From: Takakia lepidozioides
Lineage: Eukaryota > Plantae > Bryophyta
Length of the DNA stretch: 64,000 nt
Assembly (NCBI GenBank): GCA_030704615.1
Contig: CM060731.1
Span: forward strand, 3,534,001 to 3,598,000
Direction: 5' to 3'
Shown: positions 63,801 through 64,000 of the stretch, piece after piece
Position numbering within the stretch: the first letter of the stretch is position 1
Layout: every line of letters starts with the position of its first letter
Translations under genes and position numbers: made by a program
The notes under the pieces: generated by a model
What the model was told of the DNA's origin: nothing
The model's input: only the letters and a program-made list of their open reading frames with translations
Databases searched by the model: none

Positions 63801-64000
63801 ATGAGATGGGCTTCGTCCAATATCAGGTAATTCCACTTCTTTCGCTTGGAAGCCTTAGCATCCTGGATCACAAGCCTGTATGTTGTGATACACACATGGA
63901 ATGAGTTGGCCCTTGACCATCCCTGTTTCTTCAGCTTCCACTCTTTGGCACTCCCAAAGTAGGTGAATGCAGGGCACCATTTCATAAATTCTGTCTCCCA
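60840..64000 (-). pseudogene. PIE1: PIE1/SWR1-type SNF2 chromatin remodeller pseudogene (starts beyond the window end)
   Basis: KWCPAF-TYFGSAKE...SFHVCITTYRLVIQD...YLILDEAHLIKN*KSQRWQ...[20 protein letters not shown]...GHRALIFTQMTKM, GINLVSDLVIFYDFD*NPAIDQQAQD...RIGQT. Multiple stops, deletions and frameshifts, plus an unrelated insertion at ~61600-62720. Confidence 0.93.
62497..62606. repeat. Two-copy direct repeat (62-bp period) inside the insertion in the PIE1 pseudogene
   Basis: CCGTATTCTGACACAGCCAGGA.GCCACACAAG occurs at 62497 and 62559. Confidence 0.85.

Overview
Eukaryotic nuclear DNA from a land plant. GT-AG introns, plastid-targeted RAF1 and CRTISO, and an intact centriole gene (SAS-6) point to a lineage with flagellated sperm, most likely a seed-free plant such as a bryophyte, lycophyte or fern (inference). 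Layout: 5' part of V-ATPase subunit A (1-3.3 kb, minus). Then a gene-poor, transposon-rich and partly very AT-rich block (4-24 kb) holding a complete defective hAT element with TIRs and an 8-bp TSD, a CACTA end, several LINE 3' ends, a degenerate zinc-finger + TET/JBP-like relic and an orphan 236-aa ORF. Then a gene-dense block with SAS-6, RAF1, an EUL/ricin-B lectin, CRTISO, a LEA2/NHL protein and a frameshifted F-box gene (25-54.6 kb). The right end is rearranged: a CRTISO+PIE1 fragment mosaic, a foldback element with a nested MITE, a 117-bp hairpin-bearing tandem array and a PIE1/SWR1 pseudogene. Exon coordinates were read by eye. All family assignments come from recalled motifs, not database searches.
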